The translations under genes and the position numbers were made by a program. From IMG/VR virus record IMGVR_UViG_3300002835_000006: a DNA stretch of 64,000 bases; one strand, given 5' to 3'. This DNA is from a virus (taxonomy: Duplodnaviria; Caudoviricetes). The notes beneath the pieces were generated by a model. It was not told the DNA's origin and ran no database searches. It saw only the letters and a program-made list of their open reading frames with translations. Below are positions 35,148 through 43,983 of the stretch, in pieces; the stretch's first letter is position 1, and each line of letters starts with the position of its first letter.

Positions 35148-36457
35148 GAAAAAGAACATCAGAAGCAATTGATTATGGTAACTATCCTGAAAGGATGGAC
35201 CCAAACTTAGAAAGAAAACTTTCAAGTCCTGAGGGTTTATATGCAAGTTCTCCGGCATTCCAAAAAGGTGCTGAAGATGTGGAAAGACTCGCAACAGAAA
35301 GATTTAAGAAAGTTGTTGACAAATTACGTCAAGTCAAAGGTATGGAAAGACTAACTCCTAATGTAATCCAAAGGATTTACATGGAGGAGATGAGTAAGGT
35401 TCCTATGATTTTGAGAATTGAGTCCCAACACAAAGAGGAACTTGAAAAGTTAGCTACAGATGTATCACTTGAAGAAACTGAGACTCCTGAAGGTTGGTAT
35501 CAAATTGAAGCAATGTTAAATAGAGAACCTATTGACGTAAATAATTTCAGATATGAACCAGAAGAACCTGAAGATGAGGAAGAAGAGGATGACGAGGAAA
35601 AAAAACAAACTTTAAGTTTCGACGACTTCGATATTGAAAATTTAACTCCACAAGAAGAACTCGAATTAGAAAAACATAAAAGAAATATTATAAACGCTGT
35701 TGTACAAGGTGCTGCAAAAAAAGGACATTATTTATTCCAAAAGCCTGAAGTTAAAAGAAAGTTGGATGCAATAGACTCAAGATTGTTTCCTGCTTACTTG
35801 GGTGTTATGGCAGTAAATGATTTATTGTATTTCACTATGGAACAGATGATTGAACAAATGTCTGCCACAGGAAATGGTGTTGCCGGTAAAGTATCATTAG
35901 AAGATGCAGACGACGAGGGAGGCGGAGAAGGAGAAGAAGAATCTCAAGAGAAACCCGATACAAAAATAGTAGCTGAAGGTTTATTCTTTCCGATTTTATG
36001 TCATGAGATTATTAAAGGAATTAAAAAAGCTAATGCTAGATTTGGTCTTCCGAAAGACCCTCAAATGCGTGAAAAGGTAAAAGGTGCCGTTGATGTTTTA
36101 TCTAACGAACCCATGCAGTTGAGATTAGGACCTGAAATTGTTGAAAAAATTAGATTTGCCTTACCTGACGAAATGTTCGATTCAGACAATAAAGGTTTAA
36201 TAAACTGGTTCGAAATTGAATTATACCAAATTCCAGCTCGCGAATTTCTTCAAATTATTGGTAACACCATTTCAAATGACAATGCCAAAGTTTCCAAAGC
36301 TAAAGAACGTTTTCAAGAGATTATGAAAAAGGCTATGGAGTTGAAAAAAGAATATGATGACTATTTGGAAGACCAGAACAAAGATGGTGATTCCGATGAT
36401 GACGATGATGATTTGGATGATTTCTTGAGTAATTTGGGTATAAGTCGACCCAAATGA
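35144..36457 (+). CDS. hypothetical acidic late protein
   Basis: 437-aa ORF immediately upstream of terminase. Confidence 0.75.
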   Translation: MRKRTSEAIDYGNYPERMDPNLERKLSSPEGLYASSPAFQKGAEDVERLATERFKKVVDKLRQVKGMERLTPNVIQRIYMEEMSKVPMILRIESQHKEELEKLATDVSLEETETPEGWYQIEAMLNREPIDVNNFRYEPEEPEDEEEEDDEEKKQTLSFDDFDIENLTPQEELELEKHKRNIINAVVQGAAKKGHYLFQKPEVKRKLDAIDSRLFPAYLGVMAVNDLLYFTMEQMIEQMSATGNGVAGKVSLEDADDEGGGEGEEESQEKPDTKIVAEGLFFPILCHEIIKGIKKANARFGLPKDPQMREKVKGAVDVLSNEPMQLRLGPEIVEKIRFALPDEMFDSDNKGLINWFEIELYQIPAREFLQIIGNTISNDNAKVSKAKERFQEIMKKAMELKKEYDDYLEDQNKDGDSDDDDDDLDDFLSNLGISRPK

Positions 36458-36463
36458 TTCTGA

Positions 36464-38227
36464 ATGACAAAAGAACAACTAATTATTGAATATACAAAGT
36501 GTATGAGGAATACTCCCTATGCACTCAAAGCATATTTACAAACTTACGATAACACCGTATCAAAATATGTCCCTTTAGATTTATTTCCTGACCAAGTAAG
36601 ATTGATTGAAGATTATGATTCGTACAACGAAAACATTGCTCTGAAATATAGACAGGCGGGTGTTTCTACTGTAACTGCCGCTTGGGCATCAAAAAAATTA
36701 GTTTTTGCAAAAAAACAAAAACCTGAAAAAATTCTAATTATTGCCAACAAACTTGACACTTCTGTCGAGATGGCTAACAAAATAAGGTCATTCACTGAAC
36801 AATGGCCAGAATGGGTTGGTATCGGTTTTTCTGCAGAAAAAAACTCCCAAAGACATTTCAAACTTTCGAATGATTGTGAGGTTAAAGCGGTTGCAACATC
36901 CAAGGACGCCTTACGTGGTTACACGCCAACAATATTGATTTTTGACGAAGCTGCGTTCATTGAAGCAGATAATGATTTCTGGTCTGCTTGTATGGCATCT
37001 CTATCAACAGGTGGTAAAGTGATAGTTGTTTCAACCCCTAACGGATATGACCCAATCTATTATGAAATTTATGACCAAGCATTGAGAGGAATGAATGAGT
37101 TTAAAATCTCGGAGATGTATTGGTATAGAGACCCAAGATATACCAAGGATTTGTTCATGGTCAAAACTAATGACCTCGTTCATTTTTTATTGAATAGAGA
37201 AGATTATCCCAAAGACGTTGTAGTTGACCTCTCAATAGATAATCCATATGAGAGAGACCATTCAATAACCACAGATTACATCAATAAGGGTTATAAACCA
37301 TGTTCTGCTTGGTTTGAGGGAATGGTCAAAAAATTGAAATTTGACAGAAGAAAAGTTGCACAAGAATTGGAGTGTAATTTCTTGGGGTCAGGGGACAATG
37401 TTTTTGAATCTGAGTTGATGCAAAATATTGCTAAGAATAGCCTTAGAGAACCTCAAGCTAAATTGATGGGAAGCTCATTGTGGATATTCAAAGAGCCTGA
37501 AAATAATCATAAGTACGTTATGGGGGTGGATGTTTCAAGAGGAGATTCAGAAGATTTCTCATGTATTGAGATTATTGATTTTGACACAAAAGAACAGGTT
37601 TTGGAATACGTCGGTAAAATCCCACCAGATGTACTTGCTGAAATTGCTTATAAGTGGGGTACTATGTATAGAGCCTTTTGTGTGATTGATATAACTGGTG
37701 GGATGGGAATTTCAACTGCCCGTAAAATGCAAGAATTGAATTATGAAGGTGGATTGTATGTTGACAACATAGACCCGAACAAGAAATGGAAGTGGGACCC
37801 TAAAGCAAATGAAAAAATACCTGGTATAAATTTTAATTCTAAAAGGGTTCAAATTATTGCATCGCTTGAGGAAGCGGTGCGACATGATTTCAAAATTTAT
37901 TCTAATCGATTATATAATGAAATGAATACTTTCATCTTCATAAATGGTAGACCTGACCATCAAAAGGGACACCACGATGATTGTATTATGGCTATATCCA
38001 TGGCAATTTATGTTGCAGAAAAATCATTCCAATCGATACAAAAAGTTGTCAATCATACCAAGGCAATGTTGAATTCTTGGACATCGACCGTGAATGAAAA
38101 TAAAAATACATCAGATTATTTCAACCCGATGGTTCCACAGTCTAATCGTAACTCAGGTATGTATCCTACAAATGGTCCAACTAAGGCCGATTATCAAAAA
38201 TATGGATGGTTATTTGGAGCTAAATAA
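36464..38227 (+). CDS. gp17: terminase large subunit (T4 gp17-like)
   Basis: KYRQAGVST (Walker A), LIFDEAAF (Walker B), VSTPNG, QELECNF, GVDVSRG.SEDFS, HDDCIMA. Confidence 0.96.
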   Translation: MTKEQLIIEYTKCMRNTPYALKAYLQTYDNTVSKYVPLDLFPDQVRLIEDYDSYNENIALKYRQAGVSTVTAAWASKKLVFAKKQKPEKILIIANKLDTSVEMANKIRSFTEQWPEWVGIGFSAEKNSQRHFKLSNDCEVKAVATSKDALRGYTPTILIFDEAAFIEADNDFWSACMASLSTGGKVIVVSTPNGYDPIYYEIYDQALRGMNEFKISEMYWYRDPRYTKDLFMVKTNDLVHFLLNREDYPKDVVVDLSIDNPYERDHSITTDYINKGYKPCSAWFEGMVKKLKFDRRKVAQELECNFLGSGDNVFESELMQNIAKNSLREPQAKLMGSSLWIFKEPENNHKYVMGVDVSRGDSEDFSCIEIIDFDTKEQVLEYVGKIPPDVLAEIAYKWGTMYRAFCVIDITGGMGISTARKMQELNYEGGLYVDNIDPNKKWKWDPKANEKIPGINFNSKRVQIIASLEEAVRHDFKIYSNRLYNEMNTFIFINGRPDHQKGHHDDCIMAISMAIYVAEKSFQSIQKVVNHTKAMLNSWTSTVNENKNTSDYFNPMVPQSNRNSGMYPTNGPTKADYQKYGWLFGAK

Positions 38228-38264
38228 CTATTTATATTATTGATTAGACAAGTAAAATTAAAAG

Positions 38265-40094
38265 ATGAGTGAACAGAATTTAACTATTTGGCAGAGGTTA
38301 TCCAAAACCTTTGGACCCAATTCTTTATTAGGTCAGGATTATCCTACATATAAGTTTGATAAAAAAGTATTACTACGTACCACCGACCGAGCTGAATACG
38401 AAAGGGAAAAATTACAAGCACAACAAAGTTTTTATTTAGCAAATCAATGGGCTAAAGTTGAAAACAATTTATATTCTCAAGCCATTTATTATGAACCATC
38501 AAGACTCTCCGCACAATATGATTATGAGTCTATGGAGTATACACCTGAAATTTCTGCGGCGTTGGACATTTATGCTGAGGAATCAACAACTACCAATGAG
38601 GATGGTTTCATATTACAGATTTATTCAGAATCAAAAAGAATCAAATCAGTTTTAGCCGACCTTTTCAACAATACATTGGATATCAACACCAATTTACCAA
38701 TGTGGACAAGAAATACATGTAAGTATGGTGATAACTTTGTTTACCTCAAACTCGACCCAGAAAAGGGAATTGTTGGTTGTCAACAACTACCTACAATCGA
38801 AATTGAGAGAAGAGAAGTTGGTACTTCACAAAAAATTACAGTAGAACCCGATAGACCTGAAGATAGAAAAGCACTTCACTTCGATTGGAAAAATAAAAAC
38901 ATGACTTTTCAGTCTTGGGAAATTGCTCACTTTAGACTGTTGGGTGATGATAGAAGGCTACCATACGGAACTTCAATGCTTGAAAAAGCCAGAAGAATTT
39001 GGAAACAATTATTGTTATCCGAAGATGCGATGTTGATTTATCGTACTTCGAGAGCTCCAGAAAGAAGGATATTCAAGGTATTTGTCGGAAACATGAATGA
39101 TGACGATGTTGAAGCGTATGTACAACGTGTGGCAAACAAATTCAAGAGAGAACAAATTGTTGACAGTAAGACAGGTCAAGTGGATATGAGATTCAATCAG
39201 ATGGCCGTTGACCAAGACTATTTTGTACCTGTACGTGACCCAGCAGCACCTAGTCCAATAGATACCTTGCCTGGTGCACAAAATCTATCAGAAATTGCGG
39301 ATATTGAATATATTCAGAAAAAACTGTTGACAGCTTTAAGAGTACCCAAAGCGTTTTTAGGGTTTGAAGAAGTTGTGGGTGACGGTAAGAATCTTTCTTT
39401 GCAGGATATTAGGTTCGCCAGAACAATAAACAGGATTCAAAAAAGTATGTTACAGGAACTGAATAAAATTGCAATTGTTCATCTGTTTCTTTTAGGTTTT
39501 GAAGATGAACTTGATAATTTTACTTTGGGTCTTACTAATCCATCCACTCAAGCTGATTTACTCAAAATTGATGTCTGGAAAGAAAAAGTTACACTTTATA
39601 AAGACATGGTATCTGACCCTGGAGGTGGAATTTCAGCAACCTCTACAACATGGGCTAAAAAACATATTTTTGGTTGGTCAGACGATGAAGTCAAATTAGA
39701 TTTACAACAACAGAGATTGGAGAGAGCGGTCGGTGAAGAATTGAAAGCCACTCCAACAGTTATTACCAAAACGGGAATATTTGATAATCTAGATAAATTA
39801 TACGGGTCAACAACGGGAGGAACACCAACTCAAACTGCAACCGAAACTGGAGGTGGATTTGAACCTTCAGGAATAGAACCAATGTCACCGCCATCACCAC
39901 CCACACCTGAAGAACCTGCTGGTGGGGAAGCACCACCCGAAGGAGGCGAAGTTACACCGGAATCTAAATCTAAAGAACTGAACATTTTAGTTGAAAATAA
40001 CTTTATTGAAGGTTCAACCAACATAGATTTGTCACATGGGCAAAATTCTTTGGGTGAAATTACCAAGCAGTTAGACAAGTTACTAAATTCCTAA
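38265..40094 (+). CDS. gp20: portal vertex protein (T4 gp20-like)
   Basis: PEISAALDIYAEE, EDAMLIYRTSRAPERRIF, EDYF-like DQDYFVP, IDTLPGAQNL, LRVPKAFL, FARTINRIQ. Confidence 0.95.
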   Translation: MSEQNLTIWQRLSKTFGPNSLLGQDYPTYKFDKKVLLRTTDRAEYEREKLQAQQSFYLANQWAKVENNLYSQAIYYEPSRLSAQYDYESMEYTPEISAALDIYAEESTTTNEDGFILQIYSESKRIKSVLADLFNNTLDINTNLPMWTRNTCKYGDNFVYLKLDPEKGIVGCQQLPTIEIERREVGTSQKITVEPDRPEDRKALHFDWKNKNMTFQSWEIAHFRLLGDDRRLPYGTSMLEKARRIWKQLLLSEDAMLIYRTSRAPERRIFKVFVGNMNDDDVEAYVQRVANKFKREQIVDSKTGQVDMRFNQMAVDQDYFVPVRDPAAPSPIDTLPGAQNLSEIADIEYIQKKLLTALRVPKAFLGFEEVVGDGKNLSLQDIRFARTINRIQKSMLQELNKIAIVHLFLLGFEDELDNFTLGLTNPSTQADLLKIDVWKEKVTLYKDMVSDPGGGISATSTTWAKKHIFGWSDDEVKLDLQQQRLERAVGEELKATPTVITKTGIFDNLDKLYGSTTGGTPTQTATETGGGFEPSGIEPMSPPSPPTPEEPAGGEAPPEGGEVTPESKSKELNILVENNFIEGSTNIDLSHGQNSLGEITKQLDKLLNS

Positions 40095-40117
40095 TATTTA
40101 TTTGTAAACCTACAGTA

Positions 40118-40816
40118 ATGACATTCGGACAGATAAAAACCGCCATAGAAAACCACTTGATTGAATCTTACAAAAGTGAAAAAGAATTCAAGAAAAGTAT
40201 CAATGAATTTAAGTCTAATATATTGAATAATAAATCAATATCCAAACTTTATTCTGTCTATGACCAGTTATCTACAAATCAAGGTTTGAACGAAGGTGAT
40301 GCTAAAGATTTTTTAGAAGAAGGATTATCTGTAATCAATAGAATTTTACCAACAGTAAAATTACCCAAACTTGCTAAAGAGACTACTAATAATAATTACA
40401 AAAATATTGACACACTAGTTTACACAAATAATTTAAATTTATCTGAACGCGTAAACGCTAAAAAGGAAATCATTCAAATTTTGAAATCTGAGAAAGAAAG
40501 TCTGAAGGAATCTATAAAGTTACCTGTTTCTAGTATGGTTAAAATTGCCAATCAGACATTAGAGAATTACATCACAAATATGGATGAAGATTCTAAAAAA
40601 GTTTTCATGAATGTGGTAAAAACAGATAGTAAAAACTTGAAGGAAGATTATCAAAACTTGAAAGAATCTACAATAGATAAATTAAAAACAATCCTCACAA
40701 ACGAATCAGAACAGGAATTAAAATCTAAAATACAAGAGACTATAGAGAAAATTCAAACTCAGGATTTTAATCAGATGAACTATGTAAAATTAGTGAGTTT
40801 GGAAAAAAACCTATAG
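40118..40816 (+). CDS. hypothetical late protein
   Basis: 232-aa ORF after TATTTAT. Confidence 0.75.
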   Translation: MTFGQIKTAIENHLIESYKSEKEFKKSINEFKSNILNNKSISKLYSVYDQLSTNQGLNEGDAKDFLEEGLSVINRILPTVKLPKLAKETTNNNYKNIDTLVYTNNLNLSERVNAKKEIIQILKSEKESLKESIKLPVSSMVKIANQTLENYITNMDEDSKKVFMNVVKTDSKNLKEDYQNLKESTIDKLKTILTNESEQELKSKIQETIEKIQTQDFNQMNYVKLVSLEKNL

Positions 40817-40999
40817 GTTCGTTTTCTTTCTTTGAGTATATTTTGCTTTTAGTAATGCTTTTCTTTTAGTAACAGACTTCTTTTCAAATTCTTTCTTTTC
40901 CAATAACTTTTGATTTTGTTTTGTCTTTATTACCTTAGATTTCAAAACTTTCAAAGCCTTCTCTAAATTTTCCGATTTGGTTATTTCGATAATCAACAT
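40811..40999 (-). CDS. rpsU: phage-encoded ribosomal protein bS21
   Basis: MLII.....ENLEKALK.LK.K...T.....L.....F.K.SV.KR...KAKY.Q matches the Bacteroidota bS21 pattern; position between portal and protease matches described bS21 phages. Confidence 0.88.
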   Translation of the reverse strand: MLIIEITKSENLEKALKVLKSKVIKTKQNQKLLEKKEFEKKSVTKRKALLKAKYTQRKKTNL

Positions 41000-41081
41000 A
41001 TTTTATATATATTGTGTTTTTGACAATAAATAACTTTATGGTTACTTTTGTATCAAAATAAACTATGAAATATGAAAATGA

Positions 41082-41510
41082 ATGAAAAAAGGAAAAAGTG
41101 TAAAACTAAATTTATTTACACCAATTAAATCAGTATACGGAACTGTGGATTCTAAAAATTTAAAGTCAATCTACATAAACATTCAATCTTGGGTTTGTCC
41201 GAAAATGGAGTATGATAATTGGAATAGAGTTGTTTGTAATTTGAATCGTGAAATAAAACACTCTGTATATAATTCGATAACTGAGGAAATTTTTTTAGAG
41301 AAAAATATCGTTGATTTAGATTTAAGAACGAGTGGTATAAACAAAGGAAAAAAATCTTTTTTTAATTTGGAAGTAAATTTATTCGTTTCTCAGGACTATG
41401 AATTCAAGTCACCAATTCTTAAAGAGGGTATCAAAAAAATTGTAAAAAATATCTATACTAATAATATTTCCAATAACAAATATTTTGATTTTTCGAAATC
41501 AAAAAATTAA
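41082..41510 (+). CDS. hypothetical protein
   Basis: Preceded by TTGACA and TACTTTTG host-type promoter boxes. Confidence 0.75.
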   Translation: MKKGKSVKLNLFTPIKSVYGTVDSKNLKSIYINIQSWVCPKMEYDNWNRVVCNLNREIKHSVYNSITEEIFLEKNIVDLDLRTSGINKGKKSFFNLEVNLFVSQDYEFKSPILKEGIKKIVKNIYTNNISNNKYFDFSKSKN

Positions 41511-41547
41511 ACAATACTAGCAATATATTTATCTTTTAAAAGGAAGA

Positions 41548-42261
41548 ATGAAACAACTCAGAATTTTAGAGGCACATGAAACAGGACATGGTATTTTAAT
41601 AGAGATGGACGCTGGTTATGTTTCCCCAAGAGATGAACATAATGCAAATATGTTAAAAGAAGCTAAAAATTTGGATTATAGAAATCCTTTTGAATTTTAT
41701 GCTGTACTTCAGAAGTATGACACCCCAAACAGAAATGGTAGGTTTTACCCAGAAAAAATTTTGAAGAGAGAATCCGATAGATATAAAAAAATAATTGAAA
41801 AAGGATTATCTACTTCTGAATTAAATCACCCTGAGTCTTCACTTATAGATTTAGATAGAGTATCACATCTTATCACTGATATATGGTGGGATAAAAATAT
41901 TCTAATGGGAAAATTAAAATTATTGACAACTCCAGGGTTTCACGAGAGGGGGATAGTATCCTCTAAAGGGGATGTTGCAGCTAACCTTATGAGACAAGGT
42001 GTCACTATGGGGGTTTCATCAAGAGGGGTAGGGTCTTTGAAAAAGGTCGGGGAAAGAAATGAAGTTCAAGATGATTTCGAATTGATTTGTTTTGATTTGG
42101 TATCTTCACCTTCAACACCAGGTGCTTATTTGTTTTCTGATGTAAATGACAGACACAAGTACGAAGAAAATTTGGAAGAAGAAAAAAAGGTTAAATCAGA
42201 CCCAACCACAAACAAATCACTTGATTTGATGAAAAAATTATCCGATTATTTAGGAAAATAA
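41548..42261 (+). CDS. gp21: prohead core protease (T4 gp21-like)
   Basis: PNRNGRFYP, ELNHP, RVSH, GVSSRGVGS, DLVSSPSTPGA. Confidence 0.95.
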   Translation: MKQLRILEAHETGHGILIEMDAGYVSPRDEHNANMLKEAKNLDYRNPFEFYAVLQKYDTPNRNGRFYPEKILKRESDRYKKIIEKGLSTSELNHPESSLIDLDRVSHLITDIWWDKNILMGKLKLLTTPGFHERGIVSSKGDVAANLMRQGVTMGVSSRGVGSLKKVGERNEVQDDFELICFDLVSSPSTPGAYLFSDVNDRHKYEENLEEEKKVKSDPTTNKSLDLMKKLSDYLGK

Positions 42262-42268
42262 TTTAACT

Positions 42269-42481
42269 ATGGACGAAAAGTATTTTGTAGCAAAAATTCA
42301 ATATGAATTACCCGACGAAACAACAGGGAAAATTAAAAAAATTAGAGAAGAAAAATTGGTGAAAGGTTTTTCAGTGACTGATGTTGAGGCCAAGGTTACA
42401 ACAAGGTATCAATCTTTTTCTTATGATTGGCGAATAACCTCAGTTTCAGAGAGTAAAATTGATGAAGTAATAGAAAAATAA
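42269..42481 (+). CDS. DUF4494-like protein
   Basis: YFVAKIQYE...KKIREEKLV..FSVTDVEAKV...I.SV.ES.I.EV. Confidence 0.65.
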   Translation: MDEKYFVAKIQYELPDETTGKIKKIREEKLVKGFSVTDVEAKVTTRYQSFSYDWRITSVSESKIDEVIEK

Positions 42482-42520
42482 AAGTGGTCAAACGACCACT
42501 TTTTTTTTTGGTGATATTTA

Positions 42521-42850
42521 TTGGTTATGGTAAAAAGAATAGTTGCATCAGGAAACATTGAAGGTGTGGATTATGATTATCTATATAATACCAATAGTTT
42601 CAACGACTACTTCAATTATCTTGATATATATAGGCCTTACGAATTGAGTTTTGCTAGTTTGTCTGAATTTCAAGATACAGGTTTAGAAACACAGGTGGTT
42701 TTTGATGTGACCTTTGTGGGTTTGGATAATATCACCAAAAGTTGTGTTGTTTTAGGTGTGGATTATAAAGACGTTTATAATTATATGTCACAGAATTTTG
42801 GTAAGGTAATAAAAATAAGTAAATCAAGTTTACAAATAACAAATATATAA
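42521..42850 (+). CDS. hypothetical protein
   Basis: First of four small ORFs after the terminator at 42479-42508. Confidence 0.65.
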   Translation: MVMVKRIVASGNIEGVDYDYLYNTNSFNDYFNYLDIYRPYELSFASLSEFQDTGLETQVVFDVTFVGLDNITKSCVVLGVDYKDVYNYMSQNFGKVIKISKSSLQITNI

Positions 42851-42853
42851 GCC

Positions 42854-43264
42854 ATGTTACCAATATACGAAGGACCTATAGCAGGAATAGACGGAGGAGG
42901 AGGTAAACAAGCCTTGGGTTATTGGAATGTTGTAGTTGATGATGGAACGACTCATGTATGGACAAATACTAACTCTGATTACAATAGTGCAAAACAAATT
43001 CGAAATATTGAGGCGTATTATAGTGCCAAAGGGACCTCTATAAGACAAATGAAATTCGTTGATGGGGGATATACAATTTGGGAAACCCCAAGAGAAGCAA
43101 AATTCTATCGTGTAAGAATATCTTCAAAGGACCCCAATAAATTCAAAAATAATTTGATAATTGCTGCAGAAAATTATGACGCAGCTTTAACCGCATCTTC
43201 CGCATTTGGAGTTACGAAAACCGTATCGGATAGTCCAATGATTTTTATGGGCTCAATAAAATAA
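42854..43264 (+). CDS. hypothetical protein (two-repeat)
   Basis: Tightly spaced ORF. Confidence 0.65.
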   Translation: MLPIYEGPIAGIDGGGGKQALGYWNVVVDDGTTHVWTNTNSDYNSAKQIRNIEAYYSAKGTSIRQMKFVDGGYTIWETPREAKFYRVRISSKDPNKFKNNLIIAAENYDAALTASSAFGVTKTVSDSPMIFMGSIK

Positions 43265-43269
43265 ATTTT

Positions 43270-43590
43270 ATGGCAATTTACTTAGTAACAAAATTAAATA
43301 ACGGGAAAAAAAACACTTATCTATGCAATGCCGCAAGTCCATCATCCACCCTATCGATTCCAGGAGAATATATACAAATAAGTTACGCAAATACTGACAA
43401 TGTATTCAATATGAACTCAGGTCTGTCAATTTATAATGCCATTTATTTTGATGGTGGTGGAACAAAACAAAACGTTTATATAGCAGAAAGTTCATTCGAC
43501 TCTGTGTTCGAATTTTTCAGAAGGAATTATGATATTACAGATTTTTTGTCCATAAACAAAACAGATTATGTTTGGTACGAACTGAGATAA
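43270..43590 (+). CDS. hypothetical protein (two-repeat)
   Basis: Tightly spaced ORF. Confidence 0.65.
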   Translation: MAIYLVTKLNNGKKNTYLCNAASPSSTLSIPGEYIQISYANTDNVFNMNSGLSIYNAIYFDGGGTKQNVYIAESSFDSVFEFFRRNYDITDFLSINKTDYVWYELR

Positions 43591-43594
43591 AATT

Positions 43595-43909
43595 ATGAAT
43601 AACTATATAGTAAATTGGAGTAATGGAATTTCACAAGAAAATTTTCTTGTAGTTGCAGATTCTTTTGGTTCATGTGCCGACATTGTCATGTCAAAAAAGT
43701 CGGAAGAGGGTTTTATATTGTCCATATATAATACAACTTTATCTATTGACAAAAATATGGGTTCTAATGTGTATTATATTGGTATGGGTGACGGAAGTGA
43801 ATTTTTTGTGACATCATCAAGTTGGCTCGAAACGAAAAATTGGGTCTACAGTGCTTTGGGTTCTAACGTCGATACCATCACGTATATGGGTATGCAATAC
43901 ATATCTTAA
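43595..43909 (+). CDS. hypothetical protein (two-repeat)
   Basis: Tightly spaced ORF. Confidence 0.65.
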   Translation: MNNYIVNWSNGISQENFLVVADSFGSCADIVMSKKSEEGFILSIYNTTLSIDKNMGSNVYYIGMGDGSEFFVTSSSWLETKNWVYSALGSNVDTITYMGMQYIS

Positions 43910-43983
43910 ATTTTTTTATTAGTTGAAAATCAACTTTTTTGGTATTTGGTAATATTTATAAGATAAAAATTAGATAATTTCTC

